Of a stretch of 64,000 nt of DNA, positions 19,452-28,846 are shown piece after piece; position 1 is the stretch's first letter; each line of letters starts with the position of its first letter. Below the pieces are notes generated by a model. That model was not told the origin of the DNA. It worked only from the letters and a program-made list of their open reading frames with translations, and made no database searches. The stretch is from Candidatus Aenigmatarchaeota archaeon. Lineage in GTDB: Archaea; Aenigmatarchaeota; Aenigmatarchaeia; QMZP01. The stretch covers positions 1-64,000 of the forward strand of contig JBDRSV010000010.1 of NCBI GenBank assembly GCA_043824495.1. The letters run 5' to 3'. A program made the position numbers and the translations under genes.

Positions 19452-20294
19452 ATGTTCAGGTATCTTTACGAAGCGTTGTTCATTGTTGTTGGTATAGTTA
19501 TACTTGTAGTAAATAACATTTTTATAGTAGAATTTGCTGAAATCATAGTCCCTATTGTTAATATGATAGGAGGACTGATAGTTGTTGTCCCTCCAACTCT
19601 TGTTTTCTATGCTACTTATAAAAAAAACAAACAAATAGAGCAGCAGTTTCTAGTTTTCATAAGAGAGTTAACAGAATCTATAAACACTGGAATGACTCTA
19701 CCAATGGCTCTTCAATACACAGCTAAGAAAAATTATTTGGCTCTCACACCAATGGTGAAAAACCTTGCAGCTCAAGTTGATTGGGGGATACCATTTGAAA
19801 GAGCTCTGGAAACATTCGCGAAAACAACAAATTCAGTTCCAATAAGAAGAGCAATAAGCACCATAATCCAGACCTATAAAATGGGAGGAAAGATATCTGA
19901 CACTCTAGCTGCTATTGGAAAATCTCTTCTAACAATAGAACGAATAAGAACGGAGAGATCCACATCTGTAAGAGCACAGATCATGACTGTATATCTCATA
20001 TATTTTGTTTTCATATTCATACTTATTACATTACAAGTTTTCTTGATACCAAGTTTACAAGTATCAGAAGATCTACCCGGTATAACAGCAAATCCTGCTG
20101 CAGTTGGAGTTACAGATCAGGTGTTTGTGGATAACTTTATCATTTTCATTATAATTCAAGGATTCTTTGCAGGCATAGTAGCAGGAAAGATGTCTGAGGG
20201 ATCTGTAGTAACAGGGTTTAAGCACTCTATACTACTCATAATAGCTGGATATACCATATTCACTCTAGCTATACAGATCCAGATACCTCTGTAA
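19452..20294 (+). CDS. Type II/IV secretion system F-family platform protein (TadC/FlaJ-like)
   Basis: G.TLPMAL, DWGIPFERALE, GGKISDTL and MSEG motifs. Confidence 0.9.
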   Translation: MFRYLYEALFIVVGIVILVVNNIFIVEFAEIIVPIVNMIGGLIVVVPPTLVFYATYKKNKQIEQQFLVFIRELTESINTGMTLPMALQYTAKKNYLALTPMVKNLAAQVDWGIPFERALETFAKTTNSVPIRRAISTIIQTYKMGGKISDTLAAIGKSLLTIERIRTERSTSVRAQIMTVYLIYFVFIFILITLQVFLIPSLQVSEDLPGITANPAAVGVTDQVFVDNFIIFIIIQGFFAGIVAGKMSEGSVVTGFKHSILLIIAGYTIFTLAIQIQIPL

Positions 20295-20326
20295 AGCATA
20301 TTAATGAGTCAGGAGAATAATATTAT

Positions 20327-20842
20327 ATGCACTCTAGGAAAGGAGTCTCACCTATAATTTCAGCTGTTCTACTTATAGCGGTTGCGGTTTCAGTTGGAAT
20401 ACTAGTTACTACTTGGGTGACTTCTTGGGTAACAACACAAACAGGCTCTAATGACATTTCTTGCGCAATAGACACTAATTACGTAATAGACAGTGCACAA
20501 TTCAAGAATACTTCAGCGGAAAATACTCTCCTTGTCAGAATCACAAACAAAGGAAAGCAATCACTTTACGGATTTGGAATGATCCTAGATAATGGAACAA
20601 ACGTATTACAAGTAAATGAAACGACAAATATGAGTGCTCATTTTACTTACGTGTCACTTAATCCTACTATTACTCAATCAAATCCTCTAAGTAGAGAAGC
20701 TTCTATGTACATTAGTATCAACTTATCTAATTCAACTCTGGGTAATACTGTTTTTGGAGGAAGTCTAACTAGTGTGAGGGTTACAAACAAAGCTTGTGAT
20801 GCGATATCAGCGGCCATAGCCAGTGTTACACAGGTTTCATAG
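20327..20842 (+). CDS. Archaeal type IV pilin
   Basis: Class III signal RKG/VSPIISAVLLIAVAV. Confidence 0.9.
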   Translation: MHSRKGVSPIISAVLLIAVAVSVGILVTTWVTSWVTTQTGSNDISCAIDTNYVIDSAQFKNTSAENTLLVRITNKGKQSLYGFGMILDNGTNVLQVNETTNMSAHFTYVSLNPTITQSNPLSREASMYISINLSNSTLGNTVFGGSLTSVRVTNKACDAISAAIASVTQVS

Positions 20843-20875
20843 TTTATAAGTAATTAAAAATAATAGTATGATATA

Positions 20876-21328
20876 ATGGAGAAGAAAAGAATGGGTTTAA
20901 AGGGAATCTCACCTCTCGTTGCAGTGATTATGTTAATCGCATTTACATTGGTAGTTGCAGGAATATTAGCAGGGTGGGCAGTTCAATTCTCTCAAGACCA
21001 AACAAGAAACATACAAAGTTGTACAGACGCAAGGGTTATAATTTATTCTGCAAGTTTTGATCAAACAAGTAACAGCATAAGTCTTGTTGTTTACAATAAT
21101 GGAAAGATTCCTCTAAATTTCAATACACTTGTTAGTTACACTAACGGTTCTGTAGAAATAGTATCAGACACATTAGATATAACAGTAGAAGCAGGTTCTG
21201 TAGAAACATTCACAATAGCAGATAGTACTGGTAATAGCTTCGGAACATTATCAGAAATTACAGTGCAAGCTGATCAGTGTAACGGAGCTCAGGACTTCAT
21301 ACAATCAAGAGACATTAGAGACTTGTAA
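20876..21328 (+). CDS. Archaeal type IV pilin
   Basis: Class III signal KG/ISPLVAVIMLIAFTL. Confidence 0.9.
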   Translation: MEKKRMGLKGISPLVAVIMLIAFTLVVAGILAGWAVQFSQDQTRNIQSCTDARVIIYSASFDQTSNSISLVVYNNGKIPLNFNTLVSYTNGSVEIVSDTLDITVEAGSVETFTIADSTGNSFGTLSEITVQADQCNGAQDFIQSRDIRDL

Positions 21329-21363
21329 GCTATTTTTATTTCACATCTACCGTATATTAGTAT

Positions 21364-21714
21364 ATGAGTAAGTATAAGCAAGTGATTGTAATACGCACTG
21401 ATTTGAAAATGGGAAAAGGTAAGTTAGCAGCTCAAGTGGCTCACGCTTCTTTAGAATCATACAAAAGAACAGATAGTAGAACACGAGAAAAATGGGAAGA
21501 CGAAGGCTCCAAAAAAGTTGTAGTCAAAGTTGGAAGCTTAAAAGAATTGAAAGAGGTTCATGAAAAAGCCAAAAAGATCGGTGTGATATCTGCTGTAATA
21601 AGAGATGCGGGTAGAACACAAGTAGCAAGAGGAACTATTACTTGCTTGGGTATAGGACCTGATAAAGAAGAGAATGTAGATAAAATAACAAGTAATTTAA
21701 AGCTGCTAGGATAA
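21364..21714 (+). CDS. pth2: Peptidyl-tRNA hydrolase Pth2
   Basis: KQVIVIRTDLKMGKGKLAAQVAHA, DAGRTQ and GIGP motifs. Confidence 0.96.
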   Translation: MSKYKQVIVIRTDLKMGKGKLAAQVAHASLESYKRTDSRTREKWEDEGSKKVVVKVGSLKELKEVHEKAKKIGVISAVIRDAGRTQVARGTITCLGIGPDKEENVDKITSNLKLLG

Positions 21715-21732
21715 TGTAAAACACTGATAATT

Positions 21733-22182
21733 ATGGATCAAAAAGAAATGCAAGAAAAGGCATTGATGTATCAGCTTCTTCAAAGACAGTTAGAAGAATT
21801 TAATGAAAAAGGAATGCTTCTCGAAAGAAAAGCAGGAGAACTTGGACATACAAAAAATGCCATGGAAGAATTAAGTAAGATCAAAAAAGGAAATAAAGTT
21901 ATGATTCCTCTCGGTGGAGAATCATATACATACGGAACAGTGGAAGATCCAGAAAATATTATGGTAGAAATTGGTTCTAATCTGGTAATGAAGAAAACTA
22001 TCAAAGAAGCACAGGATGTTGTAAATGATAAGAGAGCTGATATAGAAACTCTAACAAAGCAAATACAAGAAGATATAACAAAAATGATTGCTAAGATGAA
22101 TGAGATTGCTCAAGAAGTACAAGCAGCACAACAACAGCCACAAGTCACAGTAGACGATGAACCTGAAAAATCAAAGAAGTAA
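21733..22182 (+). CDS. pfdA: Prefoldin alpha subunit
   Basis: Two coiled coils around IPLGG.SY..G...VEIG. Confidence 0.9.
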   Translation: MDQKEMQEKALMYQLLQRQLEEFNEKGMLLERKAGELGHTKNAMEELSKIKKGNKVMIPLGGESYTYGTVEDPENIMVEIGSNLVMKKTIKEAQDVVNDKRADIETLTKQIQEDITKMIAKMNEIAQEVQAAQQQPQVTVDDEPEKSKK

Positions 22183-22273
22183 TTAATTAGTCATTTCTCT
22201 TCTACTTCATCAAACTATTTCTCATGCTATTATTAAAATAATCGAAGTTCATAGTTATAGATTCTGCTAAATT

Positions 22274-22597
22274 TTAAATAGATTGTCTAGAAGTATTTTT
22301 TCTTTCTCTTAATGCGATTCCGAGAATACCAGCTCCAATAAGATCTTCTGCGAGTTCGCGACCACCAGCTCTATGACCGTCTTCATAACCTCTTTCATGA
22401 CCAGATTCGTCACCAGCATCGAAACTAGTATTAAAAATAAGAGCATAACGCTCTAACATTGTTTGATGATCTGTTGAATTTAATCCATCTATTTTTAAGG
22501 AAGCATAGAGATTTTCTAAAGCTGATCTATATCTAATATCATCTAATCGATTCTTATGTCCTCTACTCATTACATCTGAAAATTCATCAAATTCCAT
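22274..22597 (-). CDS. Hypothetical protein
   Basis: 107-aa ORF with GHERGYEDG repeats. Confidence 0.55.
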   Translation of the reverse strand: MEFDEFSDVMSRGHKNRLDDIRYRSALENLYASLKIDGLNSTDHQTMLERYALIFNTSFDAGDESGHERGYEDGHRAGGRELAEDLIGAGILGIALRERKNTSRQSI

Positions 22598-22642
22598 GAC
22601 TATAGATTCTTCTTGAGTTTAAATGTTTATGCCAGAAATAGC

Positions 22643-22978
22643 TTACTTGTGTTCGTATTTTTCTTTTAGTTCTATGTCAATTCGAACACCTTCAGGTATT
22701 GAGATTCTCACAACTTGTCTTAGAGCTCTTTCATTTGCTCCAATATCCATTATTCTTCTGTGAATTCTCATTTCCCATTTATCCCATGTGGCATTTCCGT
22801 GTCCTGTACCGTCACCGCATGGCGTTTTCATAGCTCTGATCATTAATTTTTTTGTTGGAAGTGGAATAGGTCCTCTAACAGAAACTCCTGCTTTCTTAGC
22901 GATTTCACTAATCTCATTACATATTCCCTTTATTTCTTCAATTTTTCTTCCAGCGAGTTTAATTCTTGCAAATTCCAT
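22643..22978 (-). CDS. rps10: 30S ribosomal protein S10 (uS10)
   Basis: GPIPLPTK, TPCGDG and WEMRIHRR motifs. Confidence 0.96.
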   Translation of the reverse strand: MEFARIKLAGRKIEEIKGICNEISEIAKKAGVSVRGPIPLPTKKLMIRAMKTPCGDGTGHGNATWDKWEMRIHRRIMDIGANERALRQVVRISIPEGVRIDIELKEKYEHK

Positions 22979-23009
22979 ACAATATCACCTGATGTTCGTC
23001 CTTATTAAA

Positions 23010-23432
23010 CTACCTCTTACTTCTCTGTTTGTGTCTTCTTGGACCTTGTGAAGATCTTGAAGGTTTGTGAGGTTCTGTTCTTCTAGGATCATAAACAAGC
23101 AAATTTCTATCATATGACATGAATTTCTCTTTTGCAGTGTCTCCGAATATTTCTACGAAGCCTCTTGCCAGAGCTTGTCTTGCTGCATCTGCTTGACCTA
23201 ATACACCACCGCCTGTGGCGTTTATTTTAACATCATAACCTTTCCATTCATCACCTAGAACCAAAAGAGGTTCTTGTATTTTTAATTTTACGAGCTCATT
23301 TGTAATTTTGTCAATAGGTTTTGAGTTCAGTTTTATTATACCCTTTCCAGGTTTGAATCGTGCTCGAGCAATTGCTTTTCGTCTTTTACCAATGGTGAAT
23401 ACAATGTTCTTATCAACCTTTTTCTCTACCAT
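23010..23432 (-). CDS. rps9: 30S ribosomal protein S9 (uS9)
   Basis: GKRRKAIARA, GGG..GQADA and DPRRTE motifs. Confidence 0.96.
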   Translation of the reverse strand: MVEKKVDKNIVFTIGKRRKAIARARFKPGKGIIKLNSKPIDKITNELVKLKIQEPLLVLGDEWKGYDVKINATGGGVLGQADAARQALARGFVEIFGDTAKEKFMSYDRNLLVYDPRRTEPHKPSRSSQGPRRHKQRSKR

Positions 23433-23851
23433 ATTTTCTTAGCTCCTAGTTTCAAGGATAAATCTCCAAGTGTTATGTATTTGTCTTTGAGATTATTTTC
23501 AGTATGTTTTAATTTAACTGTCTCTTTACCTACAAATTCTTCAGGTACAGAAATGTATGCTTTAATTCTTTTAAATGCTTCCATGCCCTGTGTTTTTTTG
23601 TAAGGTAGCATTCCCCTGACCGTTCTCTTTACAATTCGTTCAGGAGATTTTGGGTAAAATGGACCATGATATGGATCTCCTCTTACTACCTTTACTTTGT
23701 ACTCTCTGATTGTATGTTCAGGATCTCCTGATATAACAGCCTTTTCTGAGTTTATGATACTGACTGTTACGCCTTTTAATGCTTCTTTGACTACTCTTGA
23801 ACCGACTCTTCCTAATATCTGATCTGCTGCGTCAACAATTATTTCTGTCAT
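23426..23851 (-). CDS. rpl13: 50S ribosomal protein L13 (uL13)
   Basis: ILGRVGS, GPFYPKSP and RTVRGMLP motifs. Confidence 0.96.
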   Translation of the reverse strand: MTEIIVDAADQILGRVGSRVVKEALKGVTVSIINSEKAVISGDPEHTIREYKVKVVRGDPYHGPFYPKSPERIVKRTVRGMLPYKKTQGMEAFKRIKAYISVPEEFVGKETVKLKHTENNLKDKYITLGDLSLKLGAKKIW

Positions 23852-24201
23852 CCTAACACCCTTAAACCAGAACCCTTAGGCTCTTTTTCCATCATATCTT
23901 CAATAGATAAGCAGTGACCTCCTGCTTTTTCTATTTTCTTTTGAGCTGTTTCTGTAAACCTCAAAGCGGCTACTGTTATCGGTTTATCTATCTCACCTAT
24001 AGCCAAAACAACACCCGGAACTATTACCTTTTCTTTAGCTTTTGTTAATTTACTTAACCTTTGAACATTCATTTCATGTCCTATTCGTGACGGTCTGTTT
24101 AACCCTTTAGCTACCGCTTTCCATACGGGAGCTTTCAAGCCTTTTTCATTCAAATCAACTAATAGGCTTTTCAATACCGGGTTTTTGTCCCTGATTTTCA
24201 T
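23848..24201 (-). CDS. rpl18e: 50S ribosomal protein L18e
   Basis: VIVPGVVL and VAALRF motifs; position before rpl13. Confidence 0.94.
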   Translation of the reverse strand: MKIRDKNPVLKSLLVDLNEKGLKAPVWKAVAKGLNRPSRIGHEMNVQRLSKLTKAKEKVIVPGVVLAIGEIDKPITVAALRFTETAQKKIEKAGGHCLSIEDMMEKEPKGSGLRVLG

Positions 24202-24260
24202 AAGATCTTTCTTACTTTTTGTATTTATATATATAAATGCCTCTATCAGAGGCTAATTTA

Positions 24261-24421
24261 TGCGGGAGGCAGGATTTCCAGTTCTTTTTGGTCTGTATTC
24301 ATACCAAAAAATCCATTCGAACCTGCGAAGGCACTAAGCCACAGGATATCTCATAGTACTAACTCGATACTCAAGTAATCAAACTTGAGTCCTGCCCCTT
24401 TGACCGCTCGGGAACTCCCGC
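24261..24421 (-). tRNA. tRNA-Leu(CAA) with two introns (37/38: 24348-24383; T-loop 59/60: 24275-24315)
   Basis: GCGGGAG...CAGGA-CTCAAG-[36 nt]-A-TCCTG, long variable arm, GCAGG-TTCGAA-[41 nt]-T-CCTGC-CTCCCGC-A. Both junctions form BHB-type helices. Confidence 0.92.
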
Positions 24422-24472
24422 ATGCCTATTATTTTGAATTTTCTCTATAAATAGTTATAAGGCTAAAATAAG

Positions 24473-24910
24473 TTATTCGTCATCAAAGGTTCTCATATCA
24501 GACTTAATTTTTTCCATTTGGTTGTATAATCCTTTAATATGATTATCTAGTTCGTCTGGAACATCATCAAGATCATTGCTTTCTACGCCCTGTATCCTCA
24601 AGAATTTGGCGTCTAATAGGGAAACAACAGAGCTGAAGTGATCTAAAGCTTTCTGAGCGAGAGACAACCCGTTTTTTAACTCATTTTCTATGTCAACGAG
24701 AGCATCTAAAGCGTCTCTTAGACCAAGAGAATATGATTTGAGTCTTTGAATTTCTTTAACAACGTCTTTGTATCTATCTATTTTGATAAAAAGTGGAGGA
24801 GAATCTCTAGGTGTTCCTGTAGGAGGTGTTGGTGGTTGTTCAGTTGGCATTGGTGGTTGAGGTATTGCAAACCCTTCATTTTCTTTTTTTAGAGATCTAT
24901 TCAGTTTCAT
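24473..24910 (-). CDS. Hypothetical coiled-coil protein with Pro-rich N-terminus
   Basis: PLFIKIDRYK motif followed by heptads. Confidence 0.7.
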   Translation of the reverse strand: MKLNRSLKKENEGFAIPQPPMPTEQPPTPPTGTPRDSPPLFIKIDRYKDVVKEIQRLKSYSLGLRDALDALVDIENELKNGLSLAQKALDHFSSVVSLLDAKFLRIQGVESNDLDDVPDELDNHIKGLYNQMEKIKSDMRTFDDE

Positions 24911-25002
24911 CTATAATATAAATTGTATTCTAATGATTAAATATCTTTATTGGAATAACCAAGATATAGAACTTATATGCTATGAATTCTTAATAATAAA
25001 CA

Positions 25003-25392
25003 ATGAAAATAACATTTTTATCTGGACTTGCTTTATTGGTTATCCTCGTCGGAATCGGATTTTCCGGATGGTTAACATCAGGAAGTTTATCTGGATCATG
25101 TCCAATAGATGAAGGTTGTCCATCATTTTTGGGATATCCTGCATGCATCTATGGTCTTGTGATGTATGCAATTCTTCTAATACTGTTCTTAGTTACATGG
25201 AAGGGTAAAATTGCACATGAGACAGGACTTAAAGCAATGCTTGCTATTTCCATAATAGGCATGTTGTTTGCAGGATCGTTATTGATACAAGAATACTTGA
25301 TACAAAGACCACTATCTGTGTGTGCAATGGGTTTTGTGATGTATTTATTAATATTCCTGTTAACTATTGTGCAGTGGATTAAGAGGAAGTAA
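25003..25392 (+). CDS. VKOR-like membrane protein
   Basis: 4 TM, loop Cys pair CPIDEGC, GYPAC..GL, and LSVC in place of the TM4 CxxC. Adjacent to a VKOR-type Trx domain. Confidence 0.65.
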   Translation: MKITFLSGLALLVILVGIGFSGWLTSGSLSGSCPIDEGCPSFLGYPACIYGLVMYAILLILFLVTWKGKIAHETGLKAMLAISIIGMLFAGSLLIQEYLIQRPLSVCAMGFVMYLLIFLLTIVQWIKRK

Positions 25393-25393
25393 C

Positions 25394-25885
25394 ATGTCCA
25401 AGAAAAATAAGAGAAAGATTCAGAAACAGCAGAACATGCAGAATGTGCAACAAAACGTGCAAAATAAACCTAAGGAATCAAAGAAAGGTAAAGGAATTAT
25501 AATCTTCGGTGTAGTTATAGTAATCTTGGTTGCTGTAGGATTTTTTGTAACAACAAATCTAGGAACTCTTCAAGGACAATATGATGAATTTGCGCAGTGC
25601 CTAAATGACAACGGAGCTGTGATGTATGGGGCTTACTGGTGTAGTAATTGCCAGAGACAAGAACTTATGTTAGGTCCTTCATTCGAATTTGTAAACTATG
25701 TTGAATGTGATGTTAATGGAGCTGGCAGAGTACAATCTCATGTAGTTCCTCAACCTGAGAAATGTACAGAAGATGGAATAACAGGATATCCTACATGGAT
25801 ATTTGCTGACGAGAGCAGAGTAGTTGGTGCACAAACCTTACAGGTATTGTCACAAACAACTGGATGCGAATTACCTGAAGTATAA
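25394..25885 (+). CDS. Membrane-anchored thioredoxin-like protein (VKOR-associated type)
   Basis: YGAYWCSNCQRQ...YVEC...C...GITGYPTW resembles the Trx domain fused to cyanobacterial VKOR. Confidence 0.85.
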   Translation: MSKKNKRKIQKQQNMQNVQQNVQNKPKESKKGKGIIIFGVVIVILVAVGFFVTTNLGTLQGQYDEFAQCLNDNGAVMYGAYWCSNCQRQELMLGPSFEFVNYVECDVNGAGRVQSHVVPQPEKCTEDGITGYPTWIFADESRVVGAQTLQVLSQTTGCELPEV

Positions 25886-25952
25886 ACATATTTCTAGTAT
25901 TAAACACAAATTATTAATACTAGTGTATGGATTATATATCCAGGTGATTATC

Positions 25953-26096
25953 ATGACAAAATGCGATAACTGTGGAAAAAATGTTGGAGACAAGAAGGTT
26001 GAAAGATTAGGAAAGAATTTCTGCGATGCTGGTTGTATGAGAGAATACGGAAAAAAACATCCGCCAGAGAACAAAAATGTTTGTGAATTTTGTTAG
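25953..26096 (+). CDS. 47-aa Cys-rich protein (TRASH/YHS-like metal binder)
   Basis: GGTGAT SD. CDNC...FCDAGC...CEFC. Confidence 0.7.
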   Translation: MTKCDNCGKNVGDKKVERLGKNFCDAGCMREYGKKHPPENKNVCEFC

Positions 26097-26103
26097 TTTG
26101 GAC

Positions 26104-27183
26104 TCAAATACCACTACCAACAGCTTCTGAGATATTCTTAAACCCATCCTTTTTTAGTAGTTCGACTAGACCTTTGTTAATGTTCTTAACTACAGCAGGT
26201 CCTTCATACACCATTCCTGTAATAAGTTGGACAAGAGAAGATCCAAGTTTAATTTTCTCATATGCGTCTTCTGCTGTGAAAACACCACCACAACCAATTA
26301 TTATATATTTGCCTTTTGTTTTCTTGTATATCTGTTTGATTAACTGATTGCTCTTTTCCCTTGTTGGTAATCCGCTAATACCACCCTCGACTTTACTCAG
26401 TTCTTTTTTAGGGGTCTTTAGATTTTCTCTGTTCTTAGACAGATTACTTACGATCAGTCCTGAAACAAAATTAAATTTATTAATTATAGCAAGTGTTTTA
26501 CCTAGCTCAGTTGAAGTGAGATCGGGCTTTATTTTCAAGAAAATAGGATTCTTTATTTTGAATTTGTTTATTTCTTTTAGAAGCTTCTGTAAATTATCTG
26601 GATGACAAAAACTTCTCCCATCAGAGGTGTTAGGACAGCTGATGTTGATTGTTGTGTAAGAACCAATACAATGAAGTTTTTTGAAAGCTTTAACGTAATC
26701 TGCTATTCCGTCCTTTGTGTTTATACCATCTTTGTTTATCTTGGCAATACTCACTCCTACAGGAAATTTGAACTTCTTGTTTTTCAGTTTATCATAAATC
26801 TTTTCTGAACCCTCGCTTTTGAGACCATAATTTACTACAAGTGATTTATCCTTTGGTAGTCTGAAAAGTCTTGGTTTAGGATTTCCTTCACATGGATCTC
26901 CTGTAACAGAACCAATTTCTTCAAATCCAAATCCAATGTAATATAAAATGTCTGTGAGTACGGCATCTTTGTCAAAACCAGCAGCAAGACCAATAGGGTT
27001 TGCGAGTTTTATTCCAAGAACTTCTTGTTCAAGCATCGGGTTCTCATATCTAAGAAAATGTCCAGCCATGTCTCTGGCACCAGGTACATGTCCAAGAAGA
27101 GATCCTGTTCTTGTAATCATGTCATGAACATGTTCAGGATCCATCCTAAATAACATTGGTCTTAATACTTGCTTATACATCAA
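26104..27183 (-). CDS. pyrD: Quinone-dependent (class 2) dihydroorotate dehydrogenase
   Basis: LFRMDPEHVH N-terminal membrane domain, NPIGLAAGFDK, GNPKPRLFRL, NISCPNT and GGISG motifs. Confidence 0.95.
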   Translation of the reverse strand: MMYKQVLRPMLFRMDPEHVHDMITRTGSLLGHVPGARDMAGHFLRYENPMLEQEVLGIKLANPIGLAAGFDKDAVLTDILYYIGFGFEEIGSVTGDPCEGNPKPRLFRLPKDKSLVVNYGLKSEGSEKIYDKLKNKKFKFPVGVSIAKINKDGINTKDGIADYVKAFKKLHCIGSYTTINISCPNTSDGRSFCHPDNLQKLLKEINKFKIKNPIFLKIKPDLTSTELGKTLAIINKFNFVSGLIVSNLSKNRENLKTPKKELSKVEGGISGLPTREKSNQLIKQIYKKTKGKYIIIGCGGVFTAEDAYEKIKLGSSLVQLITGMVYEGPAVVKNINKGLVELLKKDGFKNISEAVGSGI

Positions 27184-27986
27184 ACACCTTCTATTATATC
27201 AACCCAAACTCTCATTTCAATTTCTGGATTCAGTGGATCATTACTACCTACAAACACAGTTCTGCTGAATCTATCTATTGGTTCCTCGTGAAAATCTGGA
27301 TCAAATACCACTTTAAGTAGTGTTTCCTCACCTGGGTTTAAATTCTTTTTCTCCATTTCAGCTGTTGTGCACCCACACGACGTACTAATGTAATCTACAA
27401 TTAGATCTTCCGAACCCGTGTTTTTAACAACGAATTCAGTTGAAACAGTCCCCCCAAATTGAGGAACTTCTCCAAAATCATGACTTTCTATATCAACTTC
27501 TATCATAGCAGACTGTGTACTCGCGATTCCTTGAGGGGATGTTGAATAGCTACCAGTTTCTACTGGATATCCTTCTTCACCCCAGTGTATTATTCCTCCT
27601 CCAAGGCTCTTAACATTTGTATATCCGAGAGCTTTGAGTGTGTTGTATGCTGTTTCGCTTCTCCTCCCTGATCCACAATAAACAATTATTTCATCTGTTT
27701 TCTCAAGTCCTACTTCATCTAAATTTTCTTGAGACAAACTATTCACGGATAAGAGTAGAGTATTATAATCTATATGACTTTCTTCGTACTCATTGTCTTC
27801 TCTAACATCCAATAGCTTGAAATTTTCTTTGTTGTTTATTTTGGTAGATAGCTGGGTTGGAGATATTTCAAAGTCTTTTAAATTGTCTTGATGTCCCATT
27901 TCTTCCATCTGAACAGAAGTACATCCTGATAGAAGAATTACAGGAACAATCAATAATAATATTAGTTTTTTCGATAACATATACAA
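27180..27986 (-). CDS. Lipoprotein with rhodanese domain and DUF1573 Ig-like domain
   Basis: LLSGC lipobox, LLDVRE, YCGSGRRS and STSCGCT motifs. Confidence 0.85.
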   Translation of the reverse strand: MYMLSKKLILLLIVPVILLSGCTSVQMEEMGHQDNLKDFEISPTQLSTKINNKENFKLLDVREDNEYEESHIDYNTLLLSVNSLSQENLDEVGLEKTDEIIVYCGSGRRSETAYNTLKALGYTNVKSLGGGIIHWGEEGYPVETGSYSTSPQGIASTQSAMIEVDIESHDFGEVPQFGGTVSTEFVVKNTGSEDLIVDYISTSCGCTTAEMEKKNLNPGEETLLKVVFDPDFHEEPIDRFSRTVFVGSNDPLNPEIEMRVWVDIIEGV

Positions 27987-27988
27987 TC

Positions 27989-28552
27989 CTATATTTGATT
28001 CAAGTCAATTCTGATTACAGAAACTGGGTTCTTAGGGTCATTTGAATATACATTTACAGTTCTTGTAACTCTTCCAGTTAGATCTGGGTGGACATTAGGG
28101 TCATAATAAACTCTTAGTGTGGCTTCTTCATTTGGTTTTATTGGTGTTGACCATCCCATTGGATTGATTCCATGCCCTGCCATGCCAAATTTAGGTCCCT
28201 CTACATTATTTGTTACTATACTTGCCTTAGTGCACATACATGAAGTATCCATACCCATCATAATCAAGTCATTGTCTCCGGTATTCTTTATTTTGAAATC
28301 AGTTGAAACAATTCCATTGAATCTATTGACAGTACCGAAATTGTGTGTTGTGCTTTCTATTCCCATCACAGGAGCTCCTTCTACAGGAGCAGAGTAAACA
28401 TAAAGATAACCTGCAATAGCTATGAACACTATGATCGGTATCGTCATAATTTTTATTTTACCGAACATGTTCTTTCTTCCAATTTCTTTTTGAGCTTGCT
28501 CTTTCCTCATTTCTCTTCTTAATCTTCTTCTCTCACCTTTTGACATTTCCAT
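27989..28552 (-). CDS. Membrane-anchored DUF1573-domain protein
   Basis: TM helix, HNFG, DTSCMCT and V.YDP motifs. Confidence 0.8.
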   Translation of the reverse strand: MEMSKGERRRLRREMRKEQAQKEIGRKNMFGKIKIMTIPIIVFIAIAGYLYVYSAPVEGAPVMGIESTTHNFGTVNRFNGIVSTDFKIKNTGDNDLIMMGMDTSCMCTKASIVTNNVEGPKFGMAGHGINPMGWSTPIKPNEEATLRVYYDPNVHPDLTGRVTRTVNVYSNDPKNPVSVIRIDLNQI

Positions 28553-28584
28553 AAAATCACCTCATAAAGAGTAAGGAAGGGGCC

Positions 28585-28827
28585 TTAGCAGCCACCAACC
28601 ATACCTGCTAAATCACTTAAAGACTTTGTGCTTGTTTTTTCTGGTACATTCTTTGGGGAATCTGTTGTAGTTGCACTGGATGGTAACACTGTTTTCTGAT
28701 CTCCTGCTATTGCATTTCCTGTAAAGGAGGAGTCCAACTTTTCACTTAACGACATGACTGTGACAGCTTGTAATATTGATACAACCGTCAAAATCACAAA
28801 TAATGCACCTATTATTTCAGTTCTCAT
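28585..28827 (-). CDS. Small membrane-anchored protein ending GMVGGC
   Basis: GGTG-type SD, N-terminal TM, low-complexity linker, C-terminal MVGGC. Confidence 0.75.
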   Translation of the reverse strand: MRTEIIGALFVILTVVSILQAVTVMSLSEKLDSSFTGNAIAGDQKTVLPSSATTTDSPKNVPEKTSTKSLSDLAGMVGGC

Positions 28828-28846
28828 ATTTCATCTCCTTTTATTT

